From Escherichia phage LYE-01: 64,000 bases of DNA. The DNA lies in the sequence record PQ303785.1; one strand, 5' to 3'. The position numbers and the translations under genes were made by a program. Shown piece after piece: positions 1 through 12,715 of the stretch. The notes beneath the pieces are model-generated. The model saw nothing but the letters and a program-made list of their open reading frames with translations, had not been told where the DNA came from and searched no databases. Every line of letters starts with the position of its first letter. The stretch's first letter is position 1.

Positions 1-111
1 AATGTTGATGACTTCAAAACAAAAACTGAAGATGATTTTATGAGCTCAAGCTCTGGCAGTTCATCTAGTGCTGATGACACGGACCTGGATGACCTTTTGA
101 ATGACCTTTAA
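1..111 (+). CDS. 32: ssDNA-binding protein gp32, C-terminal fragment (5' end outside window)
   Basis: Frame 1 reads ...[22 protein letters not shown] then TAA at 109-111; acidic Ser-rich tail typical of T4 gp32. Confidence 0.8.
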   Translation, partial: NVDDFKTKTEDDFMSSSSGSSSSADDTDLDDLLNDL

Positions 112-133
112 TAGATTATATTACTAATTAATT

Positions 134-160
134 GGGGACCCTAGAGGTCCCCTTTTTTTT
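134..160 (+). terminator. Rho-independent terminator after gene 32
   Basis: GGGGACC / GGTCCCC stem followed by an 8-T run. Confidence 0.7.
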
Positions 161-257
161 ATTTCAAATTTTTTTCACAAAACAGTTTACATCCTTGCTC
201 TTCTATGGTACTATACAACTATCGGCAATACTGCTGATGATTAAAGAGGAAAATAAC

Positions 258-485
258 ATGGCTAAAGTTGATATTGACATCGTTGATTTTGAATATATTG
301 AAGAAATTATTCGTAATCGTTATCCTGAACTTAGAATCACAAATGTACAAGATTCTAAGTTTTGGAGTATTCAAATCGTTATTGAAGGTCCTCTTGAAGA
401 CCTCACCCGCTTTATGGCTAATGAATACTGTGATGGCATGGATTCTGAAGACGCAGAATTTTACATGGGACTGATCGAACAATAA
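258..485 (+). CDS. hypothetical small protein (frd.3 position), 75 aa
   Basis: ATG at 258 with AAGAGGA RBS; the six-frame ORF from 132 runs through the terminator so the internal ATG is preferred. Confidence 0.55.
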   Translation: MAKVDIDIVDFEYIEEIIRNRYPELRITNVQDSKFWSIQIVIEGPLEDLTRFMANEYCDGMDSEDAEFYMGLIEQ

Positions 486-528
486 TTATTAAGGGGCTAT
501 CAAGCCCCTATTAAAATGAGGAAACATT

Positions 529-909
529 ATGTATACTGGTAGAAAGTATGAACTTGTTCCAAGACTTATTGATACATTTATTAATTATAGCCCACGTTCT
601 AATTCATCAATAGTTAAAGCTATTCGAGATAATGGCGGATGGTTTGAAGTTAAAGAAGTTTCCGTCGCTAATGGATATAAAGCAGTAAAACACATTGAAT
701 GCGCAAATGGAAAACATTTTTACCTCAAAGATAGACTTTTAGAAATTTGTGAAGACGAATTTCATTGTTTTCGTGAGTATAAAGAACCGACTTCTGAAGA
801 AGATGAAGTCGAAGACAAGATTTCTGGCGTAACAAAAATTCACTGCATTGTTGACGAAAACAATGTAGATGAAATCATTGAACTTTTGCGAAAAACTTTC
901 AAAAAGTAG
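529..909 (+). CDS. hypothetical protein, 126 aa
   Basis: ORF with GAGGAAA RBS upstream of ATG. Confidence 0.55.
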   Translation: MYTGRKYELVPRLIDTFINYSPRSNSSIVKAIRDNGGWFEVKEVSVANGYKAVKHIECANGKHFYLKDRLLEICEDEFHCFREYKEPTSEEDEVEDKISGVTKIHCIVDENNVDEIIELLRKTFKK

Positions 910-938
910 TTTACAGAAGGGTAGTAGTGTGATACTAT
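909..938 (+). promoter_or_regulatory. T4-type early promoter (sigma70-like)
   Basis: GTTTACA -35 at 909, 17-nt spacer, TACTAT -10 at 933; imperfect inverted repeat GGGTAGTAG/CTATTACCC overlaps the -10. Confidence 0.5.
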
Positions 939-963
939 TACCCTATCAATTAAGGAGAATAAA

Positions 964-1206
964 ATGAGATTACAACGCCAGAGCATCAAAGATTCAGAAG
1001 TTAGAGGTAAATGGTATTTTAATATCATCGGTAAAGATTCTGAACTCGTTGAAAAAGCTGAACATCTTTTACGTGATATGGGATGGGAAGATGAATGCGA
1101 TGGATGCCCTCTTTATGAGGATGGAGAAAGCGCAGGATTCTGGATTTATCATTCTGACGTCGATCAGTTTAAAGCTGATTGGAAAATTGTGAAAAAGTCT
1201 GTTTGA
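964..1206 (+). CDS. hypothetical protein, 80 aa
   Basis: ORF with AAGGAGA RBS. Confidence 0.55.
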   Translation: MRLQRQSIKDSEVRGKWYFNIIGKDSELVEKAEHLLRDMGWEDECDGCPLYEDGESAGFWIYHSDVDQFKADWKIVKKSV

Positions 1207-1216
1207 GGAAAATATT

Positions 1217-1552
1217 ATGTCTGACATTCACGTAACTGGAATTGCCCAAGTAAACATCCGTTGCCAATTTAAAACTGTACCTGGGGTGACTCATATTACT
1301 TTATCACACGACCCATATTCTCGTGGAAGACAGATAACTGGCGTAATTAAGTTTTTCGGTGGAATTGGCGGAAACGAATTTACTATAGGCGATGACGAAA
1401 TTGTTGGCTGTAAACTAAAAGTTCAAAAGGGCGTGTTAGAACTTTTTAGTGATGAAGTTTTTGATGAAATCTCACGAGCAGTTAATAAAGGAATGTTAAC
1501 GTTAATCAAAATGATTAAAGCCAGTGGATATGTTCCCGATCCTTTATATTAG
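1217..1552 (+). CDS. hypothetical protein, 111 aa
   Basis: ORF tightly packed after upstream gene. Confidence 0.5.
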   Translation: MSDIHVTGIAQVNIRCQFKTVPGVTHITLSHDPYSRGRQITGVIKFFGGIGGNEFTIGDDEIVGCKLKVQKGVLELFSDEVFDEISRAVNKGMLTLIKMIKASGYVPDPLY

Positions 1553-1560
1553 GAGATAAT

Positions 1561-2387
<827 letters not shown>

Positions 2388-2407
2388 AATAACGCGTGGC
2401 GGAAAAT

Positions 2408-2755
2408 ATGAACTTTAATTATTATCCTATTCTATTAGAAAAAGACGCAAAACAACCAAAATGGCAGGGTCCTCAGTTTATTAAAGGCGTCTATCAATTA
2501 GTAGTTCCTAAAGACAAGATTTATAGTAGTTGTTTCACTGAATCCGCTTGCAGTATTTTCGGTAATAGTTCTCCGTATTGGAATTTTGATATAAAGCTGG
2601 ATAGAAATATTGATATTTGGTTGAAAGCTATGGATATTGACAATATCACGTTTGATGAGAATAATTATCATATTATTGGTCGTTTTTCCAAACGTGGTAA
2701 AGAATTATATTTCACGCCTGAAATTGAAAGAAAATTTGACGCTAAACCGTATTGA
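2408..2755 (+). CDS. hypothetical protein encoded by frd-td insertion, 115 aa (119 aa from GTG at 2396)
   Basis: ORF fills a 417-bp segment absent from the overlapping T4 frd/td junction; no motif recognised. Confidence 0.5.
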   Translation: MNFNYYPILLEKDAKQPKWQGPQFIKGVYQLVVPKDKIYSSCFTESACSIFGNSSPYWNFDIKLDRNIDIWLKAMDIDNITFDENNYHIIGRFSKRGKELYFTPEIERKFDAKPY

Positions 2756-2800
2756 TTATTTAGCTTCATAAAATGTATTATAATTTATATAAGGTACTAA

Positions 2801-3661
2801 ATGAAACAATACCAAGATTTAATTAAAGACATTTTTGAAAATGGCTATGAAACTGATGACCGAACAGGCACAGGAACAATTGCTTTGTTCGGTACTAAAT
2901 TACGCTGGGATTTAAGTAAAGGTTTTCCTGCAGTAACAACTAAGAAGCTCGCCTGGAAAGCTTGCATTGCTGAGCTAATATGGTTTTTATCAGGAAGCAC
3001 AAATGTCAATGATTTACGATTAATTCAGCATGATTCATTAATTCAAGGCAAAACAGTCTGGGATGAAAATTACGAAAATCAAGCAAAAGATTTAGGATAC
3101 CATAGCGGTGAACTTGGTCCAATTTATGGAAAACAATGGCGTGATTTTGGCGGTGTAGACCAAATTATAGAAGTTATTGATCGTATTAAAAAACTGCCGA
3201 ATGATAGGCGTCAAATTGTTTCTGCATGGAATCCAGCTGAACTTAAATATATGGCATTACCGCCTTGTCATATGTTCTATCAGTTTAATGTGCGTAATGG
3301 CTATTTGGATTTGCAGTGGTATCAAAGAAGTGTTGACGTGTTCTTGGGCTTGCCATTCAACATTGCATCATATGCTGCATTAGTTCATATTGTAGCTAAG
3401 ATGTGTAATCTTATTCCAGGAGATTTGATATTTTCTGGTGGTAATACTCATATCTATATGAATCACGTAGAACAATGTAAAGAAATTTTGCGTCGTGAAC
3501 CTATGGATTTATGCGAATTACAATTAAAATTTCCAGATGAATTTGATGAATGGGACACAGAATCACAGGTATTTTGGTTGAGTCAATTCGCAAAGCCGCA
3601 TAATTTTGTTCTTAACAACTATGTATCTCACCCTCCTATTAAAGGAAAAATGGCGGTGTAA
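2801..3661 (+). CDS. td: thymidylate synthase, uninterrupted (no group I intron)
   Basis: 286 aa continuous ORF, MKQYQDLIKDIFENGYETDDRTGTGT..., ends HPPIKGKMAV. Confidence 0.95.
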   Translation: MKQYQDLIKDIFENGYETDDRTGTGTIALFGTKLRWDLSKGFPAVTTKKLAWKACIAELIWFLSGSTNVNDLRLIQHDSLIQGKTVWDENYENQAKDLGYHSGELGPIYGKQWRDFGGVDQIIEVIDRIKKLPNDRRQIVSAWNPAELKYMALPPCHMFYQFNVRNGYLDLQWYQRSVDVFLGLPFNIASYAALVHIVAKMCNLIPGDLIFSGGNTHIYMNHVEQCKEILRREPMDLCELQLKFPDEFDEWDTESQVFWLSQFAKPHNFVLNNYVSHPPIKGKMAV

Positions 3662-3684
3662 TTAATTATTAATTGTGAGGATAT

Positions 3685-3948
3685 ATGATTTTACGATTTA
3701 AAGATACTTCTGGTGTAGTTCTTTTTACACTTCCTAACCCAAGCGAGTTAGAAGTTCCAGGACCAAATCAGCCTATTATAATTTATGGCAAAAAATATTA
3801 TACTCATAAAATGACTCGTGAGTATTTTGATAATAAAATTTCTACGGTTAAAACTTCTTCAGATTGTTATTATGATATTACTGTTTTAACGGAAAAACAA
3901 TATGACGAATTATTACCGCGCGGGCCGTCTATGCCAAGTAGTGAATAA
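3685..3948 (+). CDS. hypothetical protein, 87 aa
   Basis: ORF between td and nrdA; overlaps next ORF by 47 nt. Confidence 0.45.
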   Translation: MILRFKDTSGVVLFTLPNPSELEVPGPNQPIIIYGKKYYTHKMTREYFDNKISTVKTSSDCYYDITVLTEKQYDELLPRGPSMPSSE

Positions 3949-4228
3949 ATATAAATCCGACTTTGATGTTAATATTCACCGTGGTACATTTTGGGGAAAT
4001 TACGTCGGTAAAGATGCTGGCAGCCGGGAGGCTGCCATTGAATTATTCAAAAAAGATTTTATACGTCGAATTAAATCCGGAGAAATAACTAAAGCACATT
4101 TAGAGCCTTTACGTGGAATGAGGCTAGGATGCACATGTAAACCAAAGCCGTGTCATGGTGATATAATAGCTCATATAGTTAACCGATTGTTTAAAGACGA
4201 TTTTCAAGTTGAGGACTTATGCAATTAA
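3902..4228 (+). CDS. hypothetical Cys/His-motif protein, 108 aa
   Basis: ORF with C-x-C-x5-C-H-G-D motif; stop overlaps nrdA start. Confidence 0.5.
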   Translation: MTNYYRAGRLCQVVNKYKSDFDVNIHRGTFWGNYVGKDAGSREAAIELFKKDFIRRIKSGEITKAHLEPLRGMRLGCTCKPKPCHGDIIAHIVNRLFKDDFQVEDLCN

Positions 4229-6483
4229 TTAATGTTATCAAAAGTAGTGGTGTTTCTCAAAGCTTTGACCCGCAAAAAATTATTAAAGTTTTATCTTGGG
4301 CAGCTGAAGGAACATCTGTAGATCCTTATGAATTATATGAAAATATTAAATCATATCTCCGTGATGGAATGACAACTGATGACATTCAGACTATTGTCAT
4401 TAAGGCTGCTGCGAATTCTATTTCAGTTGAAGAGCCTGATTATCAATACGTAGCTGCACGCTGTTTAATGTTTGCTCTTCGTAAACATGTGTACGGACAA
4501 TATGAACCACGTTCATTTATTGACCATATTTCTTACTGTGTAAATGAAGGTAAATACGACCCTGAACTGTTGTCAAAATATTCAGCAGAAGAAATTACAT
4601 TTTTAGAATCAAAAATTAAGCACGAACGGGATATGGAATTTACTTATTCCGGGGCGATGCAATTAAAAGAAAAATATCTCGTTAAAGATAAAACCACTGG
4701 TCAAATTTATGAAACTCCACAGCTTGCATTTATGACTATTGGAATGGCATTGCATCAAGATGAACCTGTTGACAGATTAAAACATGTTATTCGTTTTTAT
4801 GAAGCAGTATCTACTCGACAGATTTCATTGCCAACTCCTATTATGGCTGGTTGTCGTACTCCAACTCGGCAGTTTAGTTCATGCGTTGTTATTGAGGCAG
4901 GTGATTCGCTGAAGTCTATCAACAAAGCTTCTGCTTCAATTGTTGAATATATCTCCAAACGAGCTGGAATTGGCATTAACGTTGGTATGATTCGTGCCGA
5001 AGGTTCTAAGATTGGCACAGGTGAAGTGCGTCATACTGGTGTTATTCCTTTTTGGAAACATTTTCAGACTGCTGTTAAATCATGTTCACAGGGCGGAATT
5101 CGTGGCGGCGCTGCTACTGCTTATTATCCTATTTGGCATTTGGAAGTTGAAAATCTTCTCGTTTTGAAAAATAACAAAGGCGTAGAAGAAAACCGTATCC
5201 GTCATATGGATTATGGTGTCCAGCTGAATGATTTGATGATGGAACGTTTTGGAAAGAACGACTACATTACTTTGTTCAGTCCGCATGAAATGGGTGGCGA
5301 GCTTTATTATTCTTATTTTAAAGACCAAGACCGTTTCCGTGAATTATACGAAGCAGCAGAAAAAGATCCTAATATTCGTAAAAAGCGTATTAAAGCTCGT
5401 GAACTATTTGAATTGCTCATGACTGAACGCTCAGGAACAGCAAGGATTTATGTGCAGTTCATTGATAATACGAATAACTATACTCCGTTTATTCGTGAAA
5501 AGGCACCTATTCGTCAGAGTAACTTGTGTTGTGAAATTGCTATTCCAACAAATGATGTGAATAGTCCTGATGCTGAAATTGGATTGTGCACGTTATCTGC
5601 ATTTGTGTTGGATAACTTCGATTGGCAAGACCAAGATAAAATTAATGAATTAGCAGAAGTTCAAGTTCGCGCTCTTGATAATCTTTTGGATTACCAAGGA
5701 TATCCAGTTCCTGAAGCAGAAAAAGCTAAAAAGCGTCGAAATCTTGGTGTAGGTGTTACCAACTATGCAGCTTGGCTGGCAAGTAACTTTGCTTCTTATG
5801 AAGATGCTAACGATTTAACACATGAACTATTTGAGAGATTACAGTATGGACTCATTAAAGCATCCATTAAGCTCGCCAAAGAAAAAGGACCTTGCGAATA
5901 TTATTCAGACACTCGTTGGTCTCGAGGCGAATTACCTATCGACTGGTACAATAAAAAGATTGACCAAATCGCAGCTCCAAAATACGTTTGTGACTGGTCG
6001 GCGCTGCGGGAAGACCTTAAGCTCTTTGGCATCCGTAATAGCACATTATCAGCACTTATGCCATGTGAGTCATCTTCCCAAGTTTCTAACAGTACAAACG
6101 GTATCGAGCCTCCACGTGGACCAGTCTCTGTTAAAGAATCAAAAGAGGGTTCCTTTAATCAAGTCGTGCCCAATATTGAACATAACATAGACCTATATGA
6201 TTATACGTGGAAATTAGCTAAGAAAGGTAATAAACCTTATCTTACGCAGGTAGCTATTATGCTGAAATGGGTATGTCAATCAGCTTCAGCGAATACATAT
6301 TATGACCCGCAGATTTTTCCAAAAGGAAAGGTTCCAATGTCTGTAATGATTGATGACCTTTTGTACTTTTGGTATTTTGGCGGAAAAAATTTCTATTATC
6401 ATAATACCCGTGATGGTTCTGGTACTGATGATTATGAAATAGAAACTCCAAAAGCTGAAGATTGTTCATCCTGTAAATTATGA
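4219..6483 (+). CDS. nrdA: ribonucleotide reductase large subunit
   Basis: 754 aa, T4 NrdA length, class Ia RNR features, position. Confidence 0.95.
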   Translation: MQLINVIKSSGVSQSFDPQKIIKVLSWAAEGTSVDPYELYENIKSYLRDGMTTDDIQTIVIKAAANSISVEEPDYQYVAARCLMFALRKHVYGQYEPRSFIDHISYCVNEGKYDPELLSKYSAEEITFLESKIKHERDMEFTYSGAMQLKEKYLVKDKTTGQIYETPQLAFMTIGMALHQDEPVDRLKHVIRFYEAVSTRQISLPTPIMAGCRTPTRQFSSCVVIEAGDSLKSINKASASIVEYISKRAGIGINVGMIRAEGSKIGTGEVRHTGVIPFWKHFQTAVKSCSQGGIRGGAATAYYPIWHLEVENLLVLKNNKGVEENRIRHMDYGVQLNDLMMERFGKNDYITLFSPHEMGGELYYSYFKDQDRFRELYEAAEKDPNIRKKRIKARELFELLMTERSGTARIYVQFIDNTNNYTPFIREKAPIRQSNLCCEIAIPTNDVNSPDAEIGLCTLSAFVLDNFDWQDQDKINELAEVQVRALDNLLDYQGYPVPEAEKAKKRRNLGVGVTNYAAWLASNFASYEDANDLTHELFERLQYGLIKASIKLAKEKGPCEYYSDTRWSRGELPIDWYNKKIDQIAAPKYVCDWSALREDLKLFGIRNSTLSALMPCESSSQVSNSTNGIEPPRGPVSVKESKEGSFNQVVPNIEHNIDLYDYTWKLAKKGNKPYLTQVAIMLKWVCQSASANTYYDPQIFPKGKVPMSVMIDDLLYFWYFGGKNFYYHNTRDGSGTDDYEIETPKAEDCSSCKL

Positions 6484-6534
6484 TATAATTTGACTCACGG
6501 ACGAGTCACTATCTATTAACTAAGTGGAAAATTT

Positions 6535-7713
6535 ATGAGCACAGTTTTTAATACAAATCCAGTTGATGTTTTAAAAGAACCTATGTTCTTCGGTTCAGGT
6601 CTTGGTATTGCGCGTTACGATATTCAACGTCATAAAGTTTTTGAAGATTTAACTGAAAAGCAGTTGTCATTTTTCTGGCGTCCTGAAGAAGTAAACTTGA
6701 TGATGGATGCTGCGCAATTTAACAAGCTTCCTCAGTATCAGCAAGATATTTTTACTAATAACCTGAAGTATCAATCACTTCTAGATAGCATTCAGGGTCG
6801 TGCACCGTCTGCAGTACTTATGTCATTAATTTCAGATCCAAGTCTTGATACATGGGTTGCTACATGGACTTTTAGTGAAACTATTCACAGCCGTTCATAT
6901 ACTCATATCATGCGAAATCTTTATACTGATCCATCAAAGGTATTTGATGAGATTGTACTAGATAAAGCTATTATGAAACGTGCTGAGTCCATTGGTCGCT
7001 ATTACGATGATGTTCTTAAAAAGACCCGTGAATGGGAAAATGCTAAAGAATTTGTAGAACTAGCTAAAGAATCTCCTGATGCTGATTTTCGTTTAAATCG
7101 AGCTATTAAACAAGAAGCCGAAGCTAAACGAGCACTAATGAAATCTCTTTATCTTTGCCTCCATGTAATCAATGCATTGGAAGCTATTCGTTTTTATGTA
7201 TCTTTCGCATGTACCTTTAACTTCCATAAGAACATGGAAATCATGGAAGGTAATGCTAAGATTATGAAGTTCATTGCGCGTGATGAGCAACTTCATCTTA
7301 AAGGCACTCAATATATTATTCGTCAACTTCAACTTGGCACTGACGGTGATGAATGGGTTAAAATTGCTCAAGAGTGTGAACAAGAAGCAGTTGATATTTT
7401 CATGGAAGTTAACCGTCAAGAAAAAGACTGGGCAGTTCATTTATTTAAAGATGGCGATGTTCCCGGATTAAATACAAATAGCATGTGGAGCTTTATTGAT
7501 TACTTAACTGTATCTCGTATGAAACATTGTGGTCTTCCATGTCCAATTACCGATGCTCCGGTTAAACATCCATATCCTTGGATTCGTGAATACCTTAATT
7601 CTGATAATGTTCAATCCGCGCCACAAGAAGTAGAACTGTCATCTTACCTTGTAGCACAGATTGATAATGATGTTGATGATAAAGTTATGATGAGTTTTAA
7701 AAAATATTTTTAA
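6535..7713 (+). CDS. nrdB: ribonucleotide reductase small subunit, uninterrupted (no intron)
   Basis: 392 aa continuous ORF starting MSTVFNTNPVDV... Confidence 0.95.
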   Translation: MSTVFNTNPVDVLKEPMFFGSGLGIARYDIQRHKVFEDLTEKQLSFFWRPEEVNLMMDAAQFNKLPQYQQDIFTNNLKYQSLLDSIQGRAPSAVLMSLISDPSLDTWVATWTFSETIHSRSYTHIMRNLYTDPSKVFDEIVLDKAIMKRAESIGRYYDDVLKKTREWENAKEFVELAKESPDADFRLNRAIKQEAEAKRALMKSLYLCLHVINALEAIRFYVSFACTFNFHKNMEIMEGNAKIMKFIARDEQLHLKGTQYIIRQLQLGTDGDEWVKIAQECEQEAVDIFMEVNRQEKDWAVHLFKDGDVPGLNTNSMWSFIDYLTVSRMKHCGLPCPITDAPVKHPYPWIREYLNSDNVQSAPQEVELSSYLVAQIDNDVDDKVMMSFKKYF

Positions 7714-7718
7714 GGAGT

Positions 7719-7740
7719 GGGCCGCAAGGCCCATTTTATT
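7719..7740 (+). promoter_or_regulatory. hairpin between a Shine-Dalgarno-like AGGAG (7713-7717) and the denA ATG
   Basis: GGGCC GCAA GGCCC stem-loop followed by ATTTTATT; could act as terminator and/or bring the SD close to the start codon. Confidence 0.4.
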
Positions 7741-9328
<1,588 letters not shown>

Positions 9329-9331
9329 GCT

Positions 9332-9361
9332 GTTTACAAGTCCCTCGTGTTGTGTTACAGT
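9332..9361 (+). promoter_or_regulatory. T4-type early promoter
   Basis: GTTTACA -35, 17-nt spacer, TACAGT -10; the 54-nt element 9332-9385 is nearly identical to 25151-25204. Confidence 0.5.
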
Positions 9362-9389
9362 AGTCTTACTGACATAACATGAGGACTTT

Positions 9390-9896
9390 ATGATGGATTT
9401 ACAGCTTATTACTACTGAAATGGTCGTTGAAGCATATGGTGATACTACAGATGGGATTTCTGTATTTAAAGGAAATCGTCGAGTTGGATATATCACCGAT
9501 CTTAAGAAAGATTTAGCTAAGCAAGTTAAGCGGAAAACGACCATCAAAGAATATCGAAATCGTCGTCTTGAGCAAGCCCGTGATATGCTTCCTGATGCAG
9601 TTGAGGAGATGAAAGTCTTTTTAGAAAATCAGCTTGCGAAATATGATTGTGAAGTATTCATTAATCAGACTCAACCTAATGTTCATATTAATAACTGTAA
9701 ATGCTACATCATTGTTAATCCTTTGACAGAAAAGCATCGTCTTGGAATTAGTAATCCAAATCGTAGCGCATCAGATATGGCAGAAGATGTTGAGGCATGC
9801 TTTAAAATTTCTAAATCTCCAGCTGAACATCATATTTTAATTAACGGTCTTTCTCAAGACGATATTGTAGAGGTTATTAAAACTTTATGCATGTAA
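9390..9896 (+). CDS. alc: probable Alc (host transcription shutoff protein)
   Basis: 168 aa, size and position between rnlA and pseT as in T4. Confidence 0.6.
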   Translation: MMDLQLITTEMVVEAYGDTTDGISVFKGNRRVGYITDLKKDLAKQVKRKTTIKEYRNRRLEQARDMLPDAVEEMKVFLENQLAKYDCEVFINQTQPNVHINNCKCYIIVNPLTEKHRLGISNPNRSASDMAEDVEACFKISKSPAEHHILINGLSQDDIVEVIKTLCM

Positions 9897-10240
9897 GTAA
9901 TTTTACAGCTGGATTGCTATTACTTGTAATAGCATTTGGCGGAACATCTATTATTTTAAAAAATAAGGTAGAAAGATTAGAAACATCGGTTACTGAAATT
10001 ACAAAAACGGCCAATGAAAACGCTTTAGCATTAGATAATTTGCGAATTCAGTATAATTATATTGATGCGATGAATAATAAAAATCGTGAGGCAATTGCTG
10101 CTATTGAGCGTGAAAATGAAAAACTGCGCAAAGATGCAAAGAAGGCGGATGTGGTGGCTCATAAGCCAGGATTGGTTGAAAAACAAATCAACAACTCCTT
10201 CAACAAGTTCGCAGAAGACATCCAGGACCTTTCTAAATGA
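9887..10240 (+). CDS. hypothetical membrane-anchored coiled-coil protein, 117 aa
   Basis: N-terminal hydrophobic helix (FTAGLLLLVIAFGGTSIIL) then charged coiled-coil-like region. Confidence 0.5.
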   Translation: MHVSNFTAGLLLLVIAFGGTSIILKNKVERLETSVTEITKTANENALALDNLRIQYNYIDAMNNKNREAIAAIERENEKLRKDAKKADVVAHKPGLVEKQINNSFNKFAEDIQDLSK

Positions 10241-10536
10241 TTAAACTATCGGCAGTAATATTATCTATTGGTCTTCTAGTTGGTTGTTCGACAAAGCCTC
10301 TAGAAGTAAAGAAAGAAACAGTTCATCCTAATTGGCCTGTGCAAATAAAGTCATATGATGAAGCTAAACTATCTTGGCAAGTTAAAGTCATTGATGGTAA
10401 AGCTTGGGTCGGTATGCCATTTGAAGATTCCCAGGAATTTCGTATTTGGCTTAATGATGTAAAACGATATGTACATGACCAAAAAACTATGATATGTTAT
10501 TATCGTCAAGAGCTAAAAGAGGATAAATGTAAATGA
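10237..10536 (+). CDS. hypothetical lipoprotein, 99 aa
   Basis: Signal peptide with lipobox LLVGC. Confidence 0.5.
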   Translation: MIKLSAVILSIGLLVGCSTKPLEVKKETVHPNWPVQIKSYDEAKLSWQVKVIDGKAWVGMPFEDSQEFRIWLNDVKRYVHDQKTMICYYRQELKEDKCK

Positions 10537-10759
10537 TTTCATGGCATCAATTTGAACATCTCAAAGGATTGATTTATGAATCTGAGATGGCTGCAATGAT
10601 TTATGGACGCCAGATTCAACGATTAGAATCTTTGCCTCCAACTAATGATGTTTTATTAGCTCAATCACGTGCTAATCTCAAAAATGAATACCAAAATAAG
10701 TGGGGTAAAGCATCTAAAGACCTGCATGATTATATTCAATCATTAGTTGAGAAAAATAA

Positions 10760-10763
<4 letters not shown>
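10533..10763 (+). CDS. hypothetical protein, 76 aa
   Basis: ORF, translationally coupled (overlapping stop/start). Confidence 0.45.
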
Positions 10764-11984
<1,221 letters not shown>

Positions 11985-11985
<1 letters not shown>

Positions 11986-12182
11986 TGGCTTTGCATCATG
12001 AAACTTGGGCTATTGTTATTGTAAATAGTGGTTTAGTTGGTACTAGTAATGGGCAATTTTGTGTTTTCACTAGTGAAATCAGAGCTTGGGAGGAATGCCT
12101 TAAATTAAGAGAAAAGAATCCTGATGTTGAACTAACAGTAAAGAAAACTAAACTGCCTTTACCATGGAAAACTTATGAATAA
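11985..12182 (+). CDS. hypothetical protein, 65 aa
   Basis: ORF. Confidence 0.4.
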
Positions 12183-12375
12183 CATAGAAAAGATTTATCG
12201 TCTTTGTGATAAAATTGAAAAAGAAAAGAAATATCTATTTTGTCTATGGCCTATTGTTGACGGAAGAGTAGGCTTAGATGTTATTGATTATGAAACAGAA
12301 GACAAAGTAGATGGTTCAATTTTTGATAACGCTTTGGATGTTATTGATTGGCTTGAAGAAAATTATGTGAGGTAA
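12175..12375 (+). CDS. hypothetical protein, 66 aa
   Basis: ORF. Confidence 0.4.
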   Translation: MNNIEKIYRLCDKIEKEKKYLFCLWPIVDGRVGLDVIDYETEDKVDGSIFDNALDVIDWLEENYVR

Positions 12376-12377
12376 AT

Positions 12378-12653
12378 ATGTTTCCGACTTACTCTAAAAT
12401 CGTAGAAGTAGTGTTTAGCCAAATTATCGCTAATAATATGTTTGAAAAACTTGATAACGCAGCTGAGCTTCGAATTCATGCTCAAGTGACTCATGTATTG
12501 AACACTTTGCTTCCAGACCAGGTGGATTCTATCGCCATTACACTGTATCCAGGTTCTGCGCATATCATTGTTGTATTTGGTCTTGATGCTGAGTTAGTTA
12601 TCAAGGGCGATATTCGCTTTGAATCGCAGACATCAGAATTCAAAGCAATTTAA
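12378..12653 (+). CDS. hypothetical protein, 91 aa
   Basis: ORF. Confidence 0.4.
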   Translation: MFPTYSKIVEVVFSQIIANNMFEKLDNAAELRIHAQVTHVLNTLLPDQVDSIAITLYPGSAHIIVVFGLDAELVIKGDIRFESQTSEFKAI

Positions 12654-12655
12654 CA

Positions 12656-12694
12656 GTTTACTTTACGGTAGAGTTGTGATATTATAGCTCTACC
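12656..12694 (+). promoter_or_regulatory. T4-type early promoter with stem-loop
   Basis: GTTTAC -35 at 12656, TATTAT -10 at 12680, inverted repeat GGTAGAG/CTCTACC flanking the -10. Confidence 0.5.
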
Positions 12695-12715
12695 AAAACA
12701 AATGAGGAAATTGAA

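Noticed and set aside
132-257. N-terminal extension of the ORF starting at 132
   Set aside because: It would translate through the gene 32 terminator hairpin; the internal ATG at 258 with an RBS is the plausible start.
2801-3661. Expected td group I intron / I-TevI
   Set aside because: td is a continuous 286-aa ORF; no insertion, no GIY-YIG ORF and no intron-like structured segment is present.
7717-7740. GTG start for denA giving a 144-aa product (similar alternative starts: GTG 8168 for rnlA, TTG 45697 for gene 20, TTG 57644 for gene 11)
   Set aside because: The ATG starts reproduce the known T4 protein N-termini and lengths; the upstream extensions cover hairpins or lack RBSs.
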